In this document: in pieces, positions 37,592-50,229 of the stretch
Layout: every line of letters begins with the position of its first letter
Position numbering within the stretch: position 1 is the first letter of the stretch
NCBI GenBank assembly: GCA_010909165.1
Contig: VJWM01000119.1
Coordinates: 248,001-312,000, forward strand
Source of the DNA: Anthoceros angustus
Taxonomy: Eukaryota > Plantae > Anthocerotophyta
DNA: 64,000 bases
Direction: 5' to 3'
Notes under the pieces: model-generated
Database searches by the model: none
The model's input: only the letters and a program-made list of their open reading frames with translations
Told to the model about the DNA's origin: nothing
Made by a program: the position numbers and the translations under genes

Positions 37592-39574
37592 ATGGAATGG
37601 CTGAATGCGCTGTTTCTGCTGGTGGCGTCTCTGGTGGGCGCCGCCTTTTTGGGTAGCAGGCGGCGGACGAGTGCGTTGAGGCTGCCACCAGGCCCTCCGG
37701 GATGGCCTGTGGTGGGCAACCTGCCCATTTTCGCAGGCCCCAATCCGCACCGACATCTGGAGCAGGAGATCAAGAAGTATGGCCCTGTGATGTCCCTGTG
37801 GATGGGATCCCAGCTCGCCGTCGTTGTGTCTTCTGCCGACCTGGCCAAGGAGGTTCTCAAGCTGCAGGACCAGAATTTCGCTTCTCGCCCACCTCTTGCA
37901 GTGACGGATAATTTGCTGTTTGGGGAAGGAACGTGTGGGTTCGCCCCGCAGGGCCCCAGGCACCAGCGTAGCAGGTGGTGAAATCTTTGTGGATTTAATC
38001 CAGTGTTCTTGTGTGAATGTGTGTGTGTGGTAGCCTTCTCTGCTTGATTGGGACTTGCCAATGCCTGTGCTGATCGCTGCTGTGTAATGTGCAGGAAGCT
38101 CATGATGACAGAGCTCTTGACGGGGAAGAGGATCCAGCAGTTCGAGATGACCAGGGCCGAGGGAGTCAGTTTTGTGATCAGATCAATTCTGCAGGAATGT
38201 GGGTCCGTGGTTGACGTCCACGAGAAGACGACGGCTATGTCTATGAACAACATGACGCAGATGATGATGGGCAAGCGGTATTGCACATTTGAAGCCTCTC
38301 CGGACGGGAAGGGTCCGAGTCAGATGGTGAGAACTGTTGTACTCTGTCGGAGATTCTGGTGCTCGTTTGGGATTCTGGAGGTTTGTTTGAGAATGTAGAA
38401 CGTGTTTAGGCTTGATAGGGGTCAGAATTATGAGCATCGATTGGTTGGTGCAGTCGGAGGAGGCAGCGGAGTACTTGTGGTTGATCTTCGAGATAAACCG
38501 GTTGCTAGGGATCCCGGTTATAGGAGACAACATACCGTGGCTCGGGTTTCTGGACCTTCTCCAGAAGAGGAGGATGCGCAAGCTAAGGGGTAGACTCGAC
38601 AGACTTCTTTCCAGGGTTATTGCTGAACATGTTGAGCGGCAGCAGCAGACGAACCAGACGGACGCAGGAAAGGACTTTGTCGATGTGTTGCTCAGCCTGC
38701 CTGAAGAAAAGGGGATCGAAAAGGCCCTGATCATCAAGGGAATTCTCTTGGTAGGAAGCTGAGTGATGGAAGTAAGTTGTTCTTCTTGCCTATTTGATCA
38801 AGGTCGAGGTTTGTTGGAAGATGCTGAAATGTTGAGGGACCCGGGGTTAAACGTTGTGAGCAGGATATGCTTCTTGCTGGAGTGGACTCCTCGGCCGTTA
38901 TAGCAGAGTGGGCCATGGCAGAGCTGCTCAAGAATCCGCATGTGCTGAAGAAAGCACAAGAGGAGCTGGACAGAGTGGTGGGTCCCGAGAGGCAAGTGCA
39001 AGAAGCCGACCTCGCCAACCTGCCCTACATTGAAGCCATCTTTACGGAGGCGCTGAGACTACATCCTGTATCCGCTCTGATGATTCCACACTATTCCTTG
39101 CAAGCCTCCAAGCTAGGCGGCTACGACATTCCTGCCAACACTTTGGTGTTCACCCACATCTGGGCTATGCACAGAAATCCAGCAGTTTGGAAAGACCCTC
39201 TCCAATTCAAGCCAGAGAGATTCTTGGGCCGGTATGTATCACCTACCCAGCCCCTGACATGTCCAAAACTCTAGCTTGTTGCTAAAGACCATTTTGTCAC
39301 AATTTTCAACAGGGCCGACATTGATATCAAGGGGCAGAGCAACTTCGATATGCTGCCCTTCGGAGGTGGTAGGAGGGGCTGTCCTGGCAGCACGTTGGGG
39401 AAAACTGTTGTCACCTTCTATCTTGCGAGGCTTCTTCATAGCTTTGATTGGTCGCTACCCAACGGCCAGCAACCAGAGGACCTTGACATGTCAGAGACAT
39501 TTGGACTGGTTCTTCCCAAAACTCATCACCTAAAAGCTGTTCCAACCCCGCGTCTGCCACTCCACCTCTATTGA
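37592..39574 (+). CDS. Cytochrome P450, CYP71 clan (A-type); exons 37592-37974, 38095-38326, 38454-38750, 38864-39231, 39313-39574
   Basis: N-terminal membrane anchor, LPPGPPGWPVVGNL, FASRP, I-helix AGVDSS, EALR, KPERF and heme motif PFGGGRRGCPG. Splices are in frame. Confidence 0.93.
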
Positions 39575-39584
39575 CTCCCGGATT

Positions 39585-39709
39585 CAGGCTGGGATTTTCA
39601 AGACCTCGAGGTGTCGGAACGTTGGGGAGTTATCGTTAGAAATATAGCAGGCTGGGATTTTCAAGACCTCGAGGTGTCGGAACGTTGGGGAGTTATCATT
39701 AGAAATATA
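39585..39709. repeat. ~63-bp tandem duplication in the P450 3' UTR
   Basis: caggctgggattttcaagacctcgaggtgtcggaacgttggggagttatc.ttagaaatat occurs twice. Confidence 0.88.
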
Positions 39710-39729
39710 TAGGATTGGTGCAACACATA

Positions 39730-40545
39730 ACATATTGAAGTTATGAGAATAAGTCCGAGAAGCATCCCAAGATGGAGATAGGGTTCATACTATATGACAA
39801 GGCCAAGGACTATATATATATATGCAAACTATATATTTTTCAGAGTATGTGTCACGATATGTGTAAAGTACTCTGCACCACCTTGTGTGGCACTATTGCC
39901 ACTTGTCTTTTATTGCAGTTTGGAGTTATGCAGACTAAGTGTTTGTGAAAGCTTGTTTGCAATTTTGTGAAGCTTTGTAGTAGTTTTGGTACGAGGAACT
40001 TTTGTCTTGGCTTTGCATGGCTTCCAGAGGCCTGCATATGGAGACTACGCATCAAGTGGAGAAGTTTGATGGCAGGAACTTCACACTATGGAAGTAGAAC
40101 CTAAAATCTCTTCTATTAACAAAGGATTGTGGAAGTTTGTGGAAAATGGACTTCCAGATGGCGCTTAGCTAATATTATTCTGAATGTGTCAGATGACGTT
40201 CTCTCACAATTGAGTGAGTGTGTCTCTTCGTAGGATGCATGGAAAATTCTTTGCACAACGTACGAGAAGAAGAGCATTGTGAGCAAAATACTGCTCGAAA
40301 GTCAATTCTCCAACTTCAAGATGGCTGAGGGCGACATTGTTTAACAACATGTCAACAAGTTGAAAAGCTTGGTTGATCAAATGAGGGAGGCAGAGATCAA
40401 ACCTTCAGAGGGCAAGGTGATCACTGTGTGCTGAGTAGTTTGCCCCCATCTTGTAGGCAGTTTTTACTGTCCTATAGGGCATCCGTAGCGATGCGTCCCA
40501 ATGATAATCAACCAACCTTTGATGAGGTGGTTGCAGTTGAAGAGT
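39730..40545 (+). mobile_element. Ty1/copia 5' relic (LTR-like region, degenerate PBS, gag)
   Basis: METTHQVEKFDGRNFTLWK* and DAWKILCTTYEKKSIVSKILLESQFSNFKMAEG (copia gag-like). The PBS-like tggcttccagag is at ~40018. Confidence 0.7.
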
Positions 40546-41700
40546 GAAGCTTGAAAGACACGGGGGAACTAAGGTAGCGTGGGAGTTCCATGAAGCTAGA
40601 GAGAGAGATCACACGACAGTGCTCCTTATAGTAAAGAAGCTTGGTGGGAAGAGGCGTAGCAGAGAGAGAATAGAGTATCAAGTAAGGCGAAGGTATCGAA
40701 ATTTAGTTGCTTTACGGATAAGGTGGTTAGAGGGGGGTGTGGAGGGGGGATCGAGTAATTGAAGGGTGGCCAAACAGGGAGAGTAGAAAGACTAAAGCGG
40801 TACCGCTTCAGCCACATGGAAGCCATGACATACCAAAAAGAAATAGAGCCATCAACCCATAGAGATCTAGATGACCGAAAAGCAACAAGAATGTAAGGAG
40901 AGAGGTGAGGGTTTTGTTGGTAAAGGTGGAGGCGGTAAAAGAAAGAGGAGAGACGGAAGAGACCATCAAGTTCTAAGGGAAATGCGGCAAATTCAGAGAG
41001 AAGGACATGAAGAGTGGTCGAGCGCTTACGGGCGATGTGAGCACGAAGGAAAGAAGCCTGTACTTTTTCCACCTTAGGCCAAAACGAAGAGAGGAGAAGA
41101 GATCAGGTTCCCAAAGTTTTGCGCCATACATAGTAGACGGGATGATCAGAGAATTAAAAAAGTGCTTCCGGAGGTTGATACCTTGAATATGCATCTTGTA
41201 TAAGGAGCGTATGAGAATGCAACCGGAGGAGATACCCTTAGTAGCACGAGAGGAAGCAGAAGCAGTCCAATTAAACCTGGGGCCGAAAATCGTGACTCTG
41301 AGGTAAGTATAAGAGTGAACCATTTCTACATCATCTCCTTGATATAAAAATTTACCCACATCATTGTAGTCCATAGAATTGAACCTCATAATCTTCGTCT
41401 TGTGAATATTAACAGAAAGACCCTTGGCAATGCAGAAATCAGAGAGCACATCAAGTTACCGTTGTAAACCTTCAATGGTGTAGGAAAAAAAGATAATATC
41501 ATCAGCATAAAGCAGGATTGGAATACAATTAAGGAACAAACGGGCATTGCAGTCATCTGTTGCAAGAAGCCACTCCTCAAGCTCATCAATATATTAACCA
41601 AAGAGATTAGGAGATAATGGGTCACCCTCTCTAACACCAAAGGTGTGGAGGCATTTTCAAAGACTTCAACCTATCAAAGAGTTGAAGGCTCTCTTGAAAT
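40546..41700 (-). mobile_element. LINE reverse transcriptase fragment interrupting the copia relic
   Basis: ILLYADDII (~41500), CIAKGLSVNIHKTKIMRF, YTYLRV and PSTMYGAKLW. Confidence 0.8.
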
Positions 41701-42704
41701 CCACAGAACAATAATATACATGTTTCTTTTGAGACTGCGCCTCGTTAACAACAGCTGAGAGTAAAGTTGTTGTCCATAGTATTCCGGTGAGGGCGAAAAC
41801 CAGCCTGACCCTGAGCACGCACCATTGGTTACATTTTCGAGATGTTTAGATAAGGAGATATGTACGTACATGTTATTCAACTTCATATCATGTGTAATAA
41901 GCAAGCAAATCTTTCACAAAGCTTTAACAGTTTTGCCAGCACACTTGCCAGCACACGACATTGAGCAGTTCTCGAGCTTGCTGAGGAGCGAAGCAAGTCT
42001 CTGCGTATCTTAGCAAACTTGTTCTGAAAATTCTCAACAGCTATAGATTTGGCAAACTACATATAGAACAAAACTCTACACGGAGCTTGTTGGCAGGGTG
42101 CTTGCCAGCATGGACAAGTACAAAACTCTTCATGCTGTGTACCTACCACAGGTGCAGGGAAATGCTTGCTTGCCAATCTATGCACGATTTGCACTTATGT
42201 GAGCACTCTAGCCGGAGATTTATAGCGCCACAGGCTCTGAACTGGAGCTGGTGCTGGGAGGTGCTCTGCCAAGGTAATGGGAGCCTGCACAAACTCAACT
42301 CAAAGAAAAGTCCCATGCCAGGAAAATTCCGTCCAAGTGGACTCATATATTCTTGTTCTTCTTCTTCTACTCAACAGGTTCGGTTGCAGGACACGAATGG
42401 ATTAACCGGCGAGTATCTCGGAAGCCTTGCTGGCTTTGACATGTCTCAGTGGGAGTTCTCTATAGTTCTCTGCAGTTCTCTGCCCAGGCCATGTTTATCA
42501 GCATGGATGAGGCACACACTAGCAATCCCCCACCCACGCAGCTGCCTATGACAACTGTGATGAATTTGCTGTAAAGGTCTGCGAGGCTTGCCCAGCAATA
42601 TCGGGAGCTGTCCAATGAATATAGTGTCCAGTTTGCTGTCAGGGACAAATCCAGAAGCTCCAAAAACTACACTGGCTGCTTGCAAGCTTCTACCCGATTG
42701 AACG

Positions 42705-45140
42705 ATGTACCTCCGGCACCGCCCCTTCCACAGGGGGCTTGTGATCGGCTTTCTTATCGGCCTCTCCTACTCCTTCGTCCTTTCCAACTTCGCTTCTCAT
42801 TGGAAAGGGTGGCGGGGAGCTGGTCGGAGAGATTATGACGTGGCCATGGACATGCTTCCTGTGGATGATCAGGTTTCCACTCTTTTTTGCAAGCTTGCAG
42901 AGACTTCTCGGGTTTTGTTTCCTTCTAAATCAGCAGCGTTAGCAGTTAGAAAGATCTTGTAAGAGCGGCAGGTTTGATTGCTGGACAGGCAATTTACCGG
43001 CAGCAGAGGTCCAGGTTTGATGCTCAGCTCCCCCCGGCAGCACAGCTGCAGAAGATAGAGTGGCTGTTGGCGGTGTGGGAAGCCAGTGCGGAGCTGGGTC
43101 TGAGGTACCCCTGGGATGAGGTTGCACTGGAAGGGATGCAAGAGTTGGAGAATATCAGCACGTTTGACCCACCTCATGTGGTGGATTGTGCTGCCAGAAC
43201 GCAAGAGTACGAAGTTTTGGATTCACGGACAGCAGATGGCGGATGGCCTCCTTGGTTGCTGGGGAAAATACGCGTGCCTGGCTTTGGTGGGGGAAATTCT
43301 GGAGATGCGGTCTACCTTGATGAGCAGGGGCGGGAGGAGATTCTTGGAAACAGGACGGGATTACTACGGGGACCGTTTCCTCCTTGGGTAGGTCGGTCAG
43401 CTAAGGAAGGTGGATTCAGGGATTCAATTCATGTGGAGAACATAAAAATTCATCAGGGTCAAGTCATTTCTTGTACCCGCCTGACGCAATGACCACAATG
43501 TTCTACTTACTCTTGCAGGTTGAAGGGGCGGATGAGGACAATTTGCCGATGACGAGGAGGGTGCAGAGGGACCTGTGGTTCCTGCAGCATCCGACTGGGG
43601 ATTGCAGGACTGATGGAGTGAGTTTTCTGATCGCTTCTTGGGAGCACAACAACCCTGGAGCATCGGCAGGGGATCAAATTGAAGAGATGGTGGGGATGCT
43701 TGCGATGGCTGTTGCCCAAAATAGAATACTGGTCATGGAGAACGTGCACCTTGCTGATCACAACGGTTGTGAAGGTGATTGTCACGGTGACAGAGATGTG
43801 GAGCAGATTCCACCCTTGCTGGCGCGTGCTAGGAAAATTATGCAGCATTTAATTATTTTATCCTAGATGGTGCAGGTCAGAACAACAAAGGATGGTCTTG
43901 CTACTTCGCTCCCGAGACAACCATGAGATGTCGGCAGAGAGCCTTCGACCTGATGACAAACGAAGAAGCCGTTGCTCAGGGAAGAGTCTTGCGTGTGGAC
44001 AACATACCCCTCAACAGCAAGATGTGGCTGGATCCGGATCTGGGTGGACCGCCATCGTACGTTTCCAGGATTGCTTGTCACATATACACTTGCCCTTCTT
44101 GTTTGAAATCGTCTCTTCAAATAAATGTGCTTGCGTAACATACATGTATGCAAGCAGGTTATGGGGCACTCCATGGAAAGAAGAACAGCCCACTACCGAG
44201 ATATCGATGCAGGGTGAGCTCATGGTCGACCTTGAAACCGACGGTCTTCGATGGTGGCGAGCTCAGGTAAAACCTAGGTACTGATGTCATTCAGTGACAC
44301 ATTGGTATAAATCTCGGTTTGTGGTGACATGCAGTTTCTATGACCATGGACGATTTCTGCAGGCCCTGCGTTATCTCGTGAGATTCCCAAGTGAGTACAC
44401 CTGTAGCCTGATGAACAAAGCCAGGCACCAGGCATTTGGCGTCAGGGCTGCATCTCATGTCCTCCGATCTGAGGTGAGGGGATATCTAATATTTTGAGCT
44501 GGCAGTTGTAAAGGTTCATAATCGAATGCGTATTGAAGACAAAGTGATCTGCACGCTGCAGACCTGGGATGATGGCTTGTTGGAGGGTCCGATGGAAAGG
44601 TGGGTGTGGAAGGGTGCAAAACCGTGGGTTCCAAAGCCTCTCGTTAGCATGCATGTTACAACCATGGGAGCACACTGCGCAGTAGACTTCAAAGCCTACA
44701 TGATGCTTGCCCATCGCCTCCGAAAACGATTTCCCCACATCAATGATATTTGGCTTTCGACACAAATACAGGTAAACAAAGACCTACTGTGAAATGAACG
44801 GGTATCTGACATGCACCGTCTGGCCACAACCACCCTAGATTGCGAAGCGTAATTGTTATTTTTACAGGCAGTAGTTGATGGAAGCAGGGAGTACCCGGAC
44901 TGGAATTTCTACTACAGCCATGAAGGCCGACAAAGAGGCACAGCTAAGATGCAGTCGTTTTGGCCCGAATCAGGAACAGAAAAGGCCATCAACATGATGT
45001 TGGTGGATCTGCTCATGGCAGACGAAGCAGATTATTTTGTGGGGGATTTGGACTCTGCTTGGTGCAACCTCATAAACGGCATGAGGAGCACTGGTGGCAA
45101 ACATATGGCCGGTTATCTTAGTGTCAATATCTCTGATTAA
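42705..45140 (+). CDS. GT23-like (alpha-1,6-fucosyltransferase-like) type II membrane glycosyltransferase, ~8 exons
   Basis: N-terminal TM, GPFPPW|VEGADEDNLPMTRRVQRDLWFLQHP, RWWRAQ|ALRYLVRFPSEYTC, KPWVPKPLVSMHV, IWLSTQ and EADYFVGDLDSAWCNLINGMRSTGG. Confidence 0.78.
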
Positions 45141-48100
45141 ACTTGAGCTGAGGGCTGTTACGAAGACTCAAGTTTACTCAAGGCTGTTACAGACCAGCTT
45201 GACTTCATCCTTGCTCCATAGAGCTCCATTTTCCGGGAACTGAGGAATAAGGAGACCATAGAAACTCTCACTTTAAGCCTAATTGACATTCTTCCTTTGT
45301 TTCCACTTTAATTCATCCTGAAATTGAGGAATTGAGGTCTGTTCCAAGTCCAGGCTGCCTGTACATGCTGCAAAACAGGGATGCACCATACCGGCCTGCA
45401 CTTAGGACAGCACCTTCGCACGCTTCCTGCACGCACTTTCGGGACATGCCACAGGACGTCCAACGCGCAAGGATGCACTGCAGTCGTTGCAACTGCTGTT
45501 GAGAGGACCTGAATGAAGTCTTCCTCAGTTGAGCTGTCCGCGAAGGTCATCTCATTCTTTCCGAAAGCGAGCAATCCATTAGTGAGCGCAGCTCAAAATT
45601 AATCTCACTGGTCATTCAGAGTTCCATGGGACTATCACTGGCCTGCCGCATTATATTTATATGCAGCACTAGCTGGGAGTCAGGAGCTCTGGTTGACGGG
45701 ACTTCTTCACGCACCCCGCTGCTTTAAAAGGCCTGCACCAGGCCAGGCATTCATCATCCCAAACACACTTCCTGCAGCATCGATCAGTTGATTGCAGAGC
45801 TGATAGCGTTTTCTCGAGAGCGGTGATTCAGGGCAGTGATCCAGAATGAGGCGCGGTGCAGCCATGAAGCCTCAAGTGGCACCCTCCCAAGTGGAGTCCG
45901 CCATCTCGGTCTTTGCCTTCAGGCCCGGCTGCAGGACCCGGTGACGCCTTCTCCGAGCTACTCGACTCCGCCTTCCTCAGGCCCGGCTCCATCCGGCCAG
46001 GAGGTTCCTCCTCCCTCGACGTACACGCCAGCTGGGCCAGGCTCCGCCCCGACCTACTGACCATCTCCTCCTCTCAAGGGACAGGCTCCAGCTCCTGAGG
46101 TGAAGCGCCCGTCGACATAGGCTCCAAGGGTTATTTTATCCAGTCGTAGGTGCCCTAAGGACCTTTTTTTTTTAAGCAGAGAGTCTGCAATGGAAAATCT
46201 AGGGTAACCTGGTAGGTCATTAACAATTGGATAAGATCTGGAGTAACCCTAGGGCACTAACAACCCCATAAGAACCCCATAACCCCATGTTATAACATCA
46301 AGTTGTTGGATAAGATCTAGAGTAACCGTGGGGAACTAACAACTAAAAGAACTAGCTCAGACACAACACAGTCAACTTCTTTCCTGTTTGTTTCTGCGCA
46401 GTCGCCCTGAACATCTGAAATGCTTGGAGAGTGTCACTCTTCTTCCGCAGGAAGTACACCTCTGTTCTCCTGCTGTAGTCGTCGATAAACGAAATATAGT
46501 ATCTACTTTGTCATCCTTGCTTCCACTTACTTGGTCCCAAAGATCAGTGGACAAGTTCCAAGACTTCTTTTGCTCTCTTAGTGGCGAGACATAAGACCTA
46601 CGGGATGCTTGCCTTTCATACAAGCGTCACACGAGACCAAGTTCACGCCGGAGCTCCATGCCCGCGAGCTTCTTGCTCCATCTCCGGAGAAACTTCAAGT
46701 TGGTATGCCCAAATCGTCTATGCCACGAAGGCATTTCCACCTTTCTCCCAACATCGGACCTCTTGGTCGTTAGGAACCTCCCATACGGTACAAGTTCCTG
46801 TCTGCTGGCCTTTAGCCACCACATCGCGTCATCGACCATTCTTGAGTAAACAAAACTTCCGTAAAAAGGACTGCACTGCATCATCAATGGTGCCACAAAC
46901 ATGAGATTTCTACGTAGGTTCGTACAAATGCCTTCCATTGCCTTGATCTGCCTGAGCAATCGAGCTGTACTCCCCCACCCTCGGCGCCTATCATTTGTCG
47001 TTCCCTAGCGCCTTGTCTTCTCCCTCCCCGTAGTCTTGAAGGGCTCCTTATCCTTCACCATAAAGGATGTACATGCAGAATCTATCGTCGTATCGTTTGC
47101 ATGTCTTACGTCATACTTCTTCTATACACGTTGCCTCCAACCTCACCTTCACTCTCACCCTCAGAGATGTGCGGTCTTTGATCTTGCAATCCTTCTCATA
47201 ATGTGATACTTGAAGCATTTCCAAGCTGTCCCTCTTCACTATTCTCTTGTCCTTGTCCTGCGAGGACTCCCCACCTTGTCCTTGTTAGGTTGTTCCATCC
47301 CTTCCCTTGATGAACATCGCCAGGCACCAGGCATTTGGCGTCAGGGCTGCATCTCATGTCCTCCGATCTGAGGTGAGGGATATCTAATATTTTGAGCTGG
47401 CAGTTGTAAAGGTTCATAATCGAATGCGTATTGAAGACAAAGTGATCTGCACGCTGCAGACCTGGGATGATGGCTTGTTGGAGGGTCCGATGGAAAGGTG
47501 GGTGTGGAAGGGTGCAAAACCGTGGGTTCCAAAGCCTCTCGTTAGCATGCATGTTACAACCATGGGAGCACTGCGCAGTAGACTTCAAAGCCTACATGAT
47601 GCTTGCCCATCGCCTCCGAAAACGATTTCCCACATCAATGATATTTGGCTTTCGACACAAATACAGGTAAACAAAGACCTACTGTGAAATGAACGGGTAT
47701 CTGACATGCACCGTCTGGCCACAACCACCCTAGATTGCGAAGCGTAATTGTTATTTTTACAGGCAGTAGTTGATGGAAGCAGGAGTACCCGGACTGGAAT
47801 TTCTACTACAGCCATGAAGGCCGACAAAGAGGCACAGCTAAGATGCAGTCGTTTTGGCCCGAATCAGGAACAGAAAAGGCCATCAACATGATGTTGGTGG
47901 ATCTGCTCATGGCAGACGAAGCAGATTATTTTGTGGGGGATTTGGACTCTGCTTGGTGCAACCTCATAAACGGCATGAGGAGCACTGGTGGCAAACATAT
48001 GGCCGGTTATCTTAGTGTCAATATCTCTGATTAAACTTGAGCTGAGGGCTGTTACGAAGACTCAAGTTTACTCAAGGCTGTTACAGACCAGCTTGACTTC

Positions 48101-50229
48101 ATCCTTGCTCCATAGAGCTCCATTTTTCCGGGAACTGAGGAATAAGGAGAGACCATAGAAACTCTCACTTTAAGCCTAATTGACATTCTTCCTTTGTTTC
48201 CACTTTAATTCATCCTGAAATTGAGGAATTGAGGTCTGTTCCAAGTCCAGGCTGCCTGTACATGCTGCAAAACAGGGATGCACCATACCGGCCTGCACTT
48301 AGGACAGCACCTTCCGCACGCTTCCTGCACGCACTTTTCGGGACATGCCACAGGACGTCCAACGCGCAAGGATGCACTGCAGTCGTTGCAACTGCTGTTG
48401 AGAGGACCTGAATGAAGTCTTCCTCAGTTGAGCTGTCCGCGAAGGTCATCTCATTCTTTCCGAAAGCGAGCAATCCATTAGTGAGCGCAGCTCAAAATTA
48501 ATCTCACTGGTCATTCAGAGTTCCATGGGACTATCACTGGCCTGCCGCATTATATTTATATGCAGCACTAGCTGGGAGTCGGGAGCTCTGGTTGACGGGA
48601 CTTCTTCACGCACCCCGCTGCTTTAAAAGGCCTGCACCAGGCCAGGCATTCATCATCCCAAACACACTTCCTGCAGCATCGATCAGTTGATTGCAGAGCT
48701 GATAGCGTTTTCTCGAGAGCGGTGATTCAGGAGCAGTGATCCAGAATGAGGCGCGGTGCAGCCATGAAGCCTCCAAGTGGCACCCTCCCAAGTGGAGTCC
48801 GCCATCTCGGTCTTTGCCTTCAGGCCCGGCTGCAGGACCCGAGGTGACGCCTTCTCCGAGCTACTCGACTCCGCCTTCCTCAGGCCCGGCTCCATCCGGC
48901 CAGGAGGTTCCTCCTCCCTCGACGTACACGCCAGCTTCGGGCCAGGCTCCGCCCCCGACCTACTGACCATCTCCTCCTCTCAAGGGACAGGCTCCAGCTC
49001 CTGAGGTGAAGCGCCCGTCGACATAGGCTCCAAGGGTTATTTTATCCAGTCGTAGGTGCCCTAAGGACCTTTTTTTTTTAAGCAGAGAGTCTGCAATGGA
49101 AAATCTAGGGTAACCTGGTAGGTCATTAACAATTGGATAAGATCTGGAGTAACCCTAGGGCACTAACAACCCCATAAGAACCCCATAACCCCATGTTATA
49201 ACATCAAGTTGTTGGATAAGATCTAGAGTAACCGTGGGAACTAACAACTAAAGAACTAGCTACACAACACAACAACTTCTTTCCTGTTTGTTTCACGCTC
49301 AACATCTCGAAATGCTTGGAGAGTGTCACTCTTCCGCAGAAGTACCTGCTTCTCCGCTGTAGTCGCCGATAAGCAAATATAGTATCTCGCTTTGTATCAT
49401 CCTTGCTTCCACTTGCATTGGTCCGCATAAGATCGAGTGGACAAGTTCCAAGACTTCTTTTGCTCTTCGTGACGAGACATAAGACCTACGGGATGCTTGC
49501 CTTTCATACAAGGCCACAGTTCTCGTTACGAGCTCCATGCATCACGAGCTTCTTCCCATCTCCGGAGAAACTTCAAGTTGGTATGCCCAAACCGTCTATG
49601 CCACGATGAGGCATTTCCACCTTTCTCCGACATCGCCGAACCTCTTGGTCGTTAGGAACCTCCATCTGGTACAAGTTCCCTGTACGGTGGCCTTTAGCCA
49701 CCACATCGCCGTGCATCTGACCATTCTTCAGAAACAAAACTTCCTTCTTCGTAAAAAGGACCTGCAGACCTGCATCGATCAATGGTGCCACAAACATGAG
49801 ATTTCTACGTAGGTTCGGTACAAACAGCGCTCCTTCCATTGCCTTGATCTCGCCTGCCGAGCAACCGAGCTCAGTACTCCCCACACCCTCGGCGCCTATC
49901 TCCGCTCCTAGCACCACTGCCTTCTCCCTCCGTAGTCTTGAAGGGCTCCTTATCCTTCACCATAAAGGATGTACATGCGGAATCTATCGCCGTATCGTCG
50001 CTTTGTGTACCCCAGAGCATTTCTTCCGCGAGCTGCCTCCGCAACCTCACCTTCACTCTCACCCTCAGAGATGTGCGGTCTTCGATCCTTGCAATCCTTC
50101 TCATAATGACCATACTTGAAGCATTTCCTGTCCCTCTTCACTATTCTCTTGTCCTTGTCCTGCGAGGACTCCCCACCTTGTCCTTGTCCTTGTTCCGGTT
50201 GTTCCATCCCTTCCCTTGATGAACATCGC
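44421..50229. repeat. ~2.9-kb direct tandem duplication (44421-47319 / 47320-50229) including the GT 3' exons and part of a copia
   Basis: Both copies begin ccaggcaccaggcatttggcg and end cccttgatgaacatcg. They differ mainly by indels. Confidence 0.92.
47320..48034 (+). pseudogene. Duplicated 3' exons of the GT23-like gene (frameshifted)
   Basis: Copy of 44421-45140 with single-base deletions. Confidence 0.8.
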
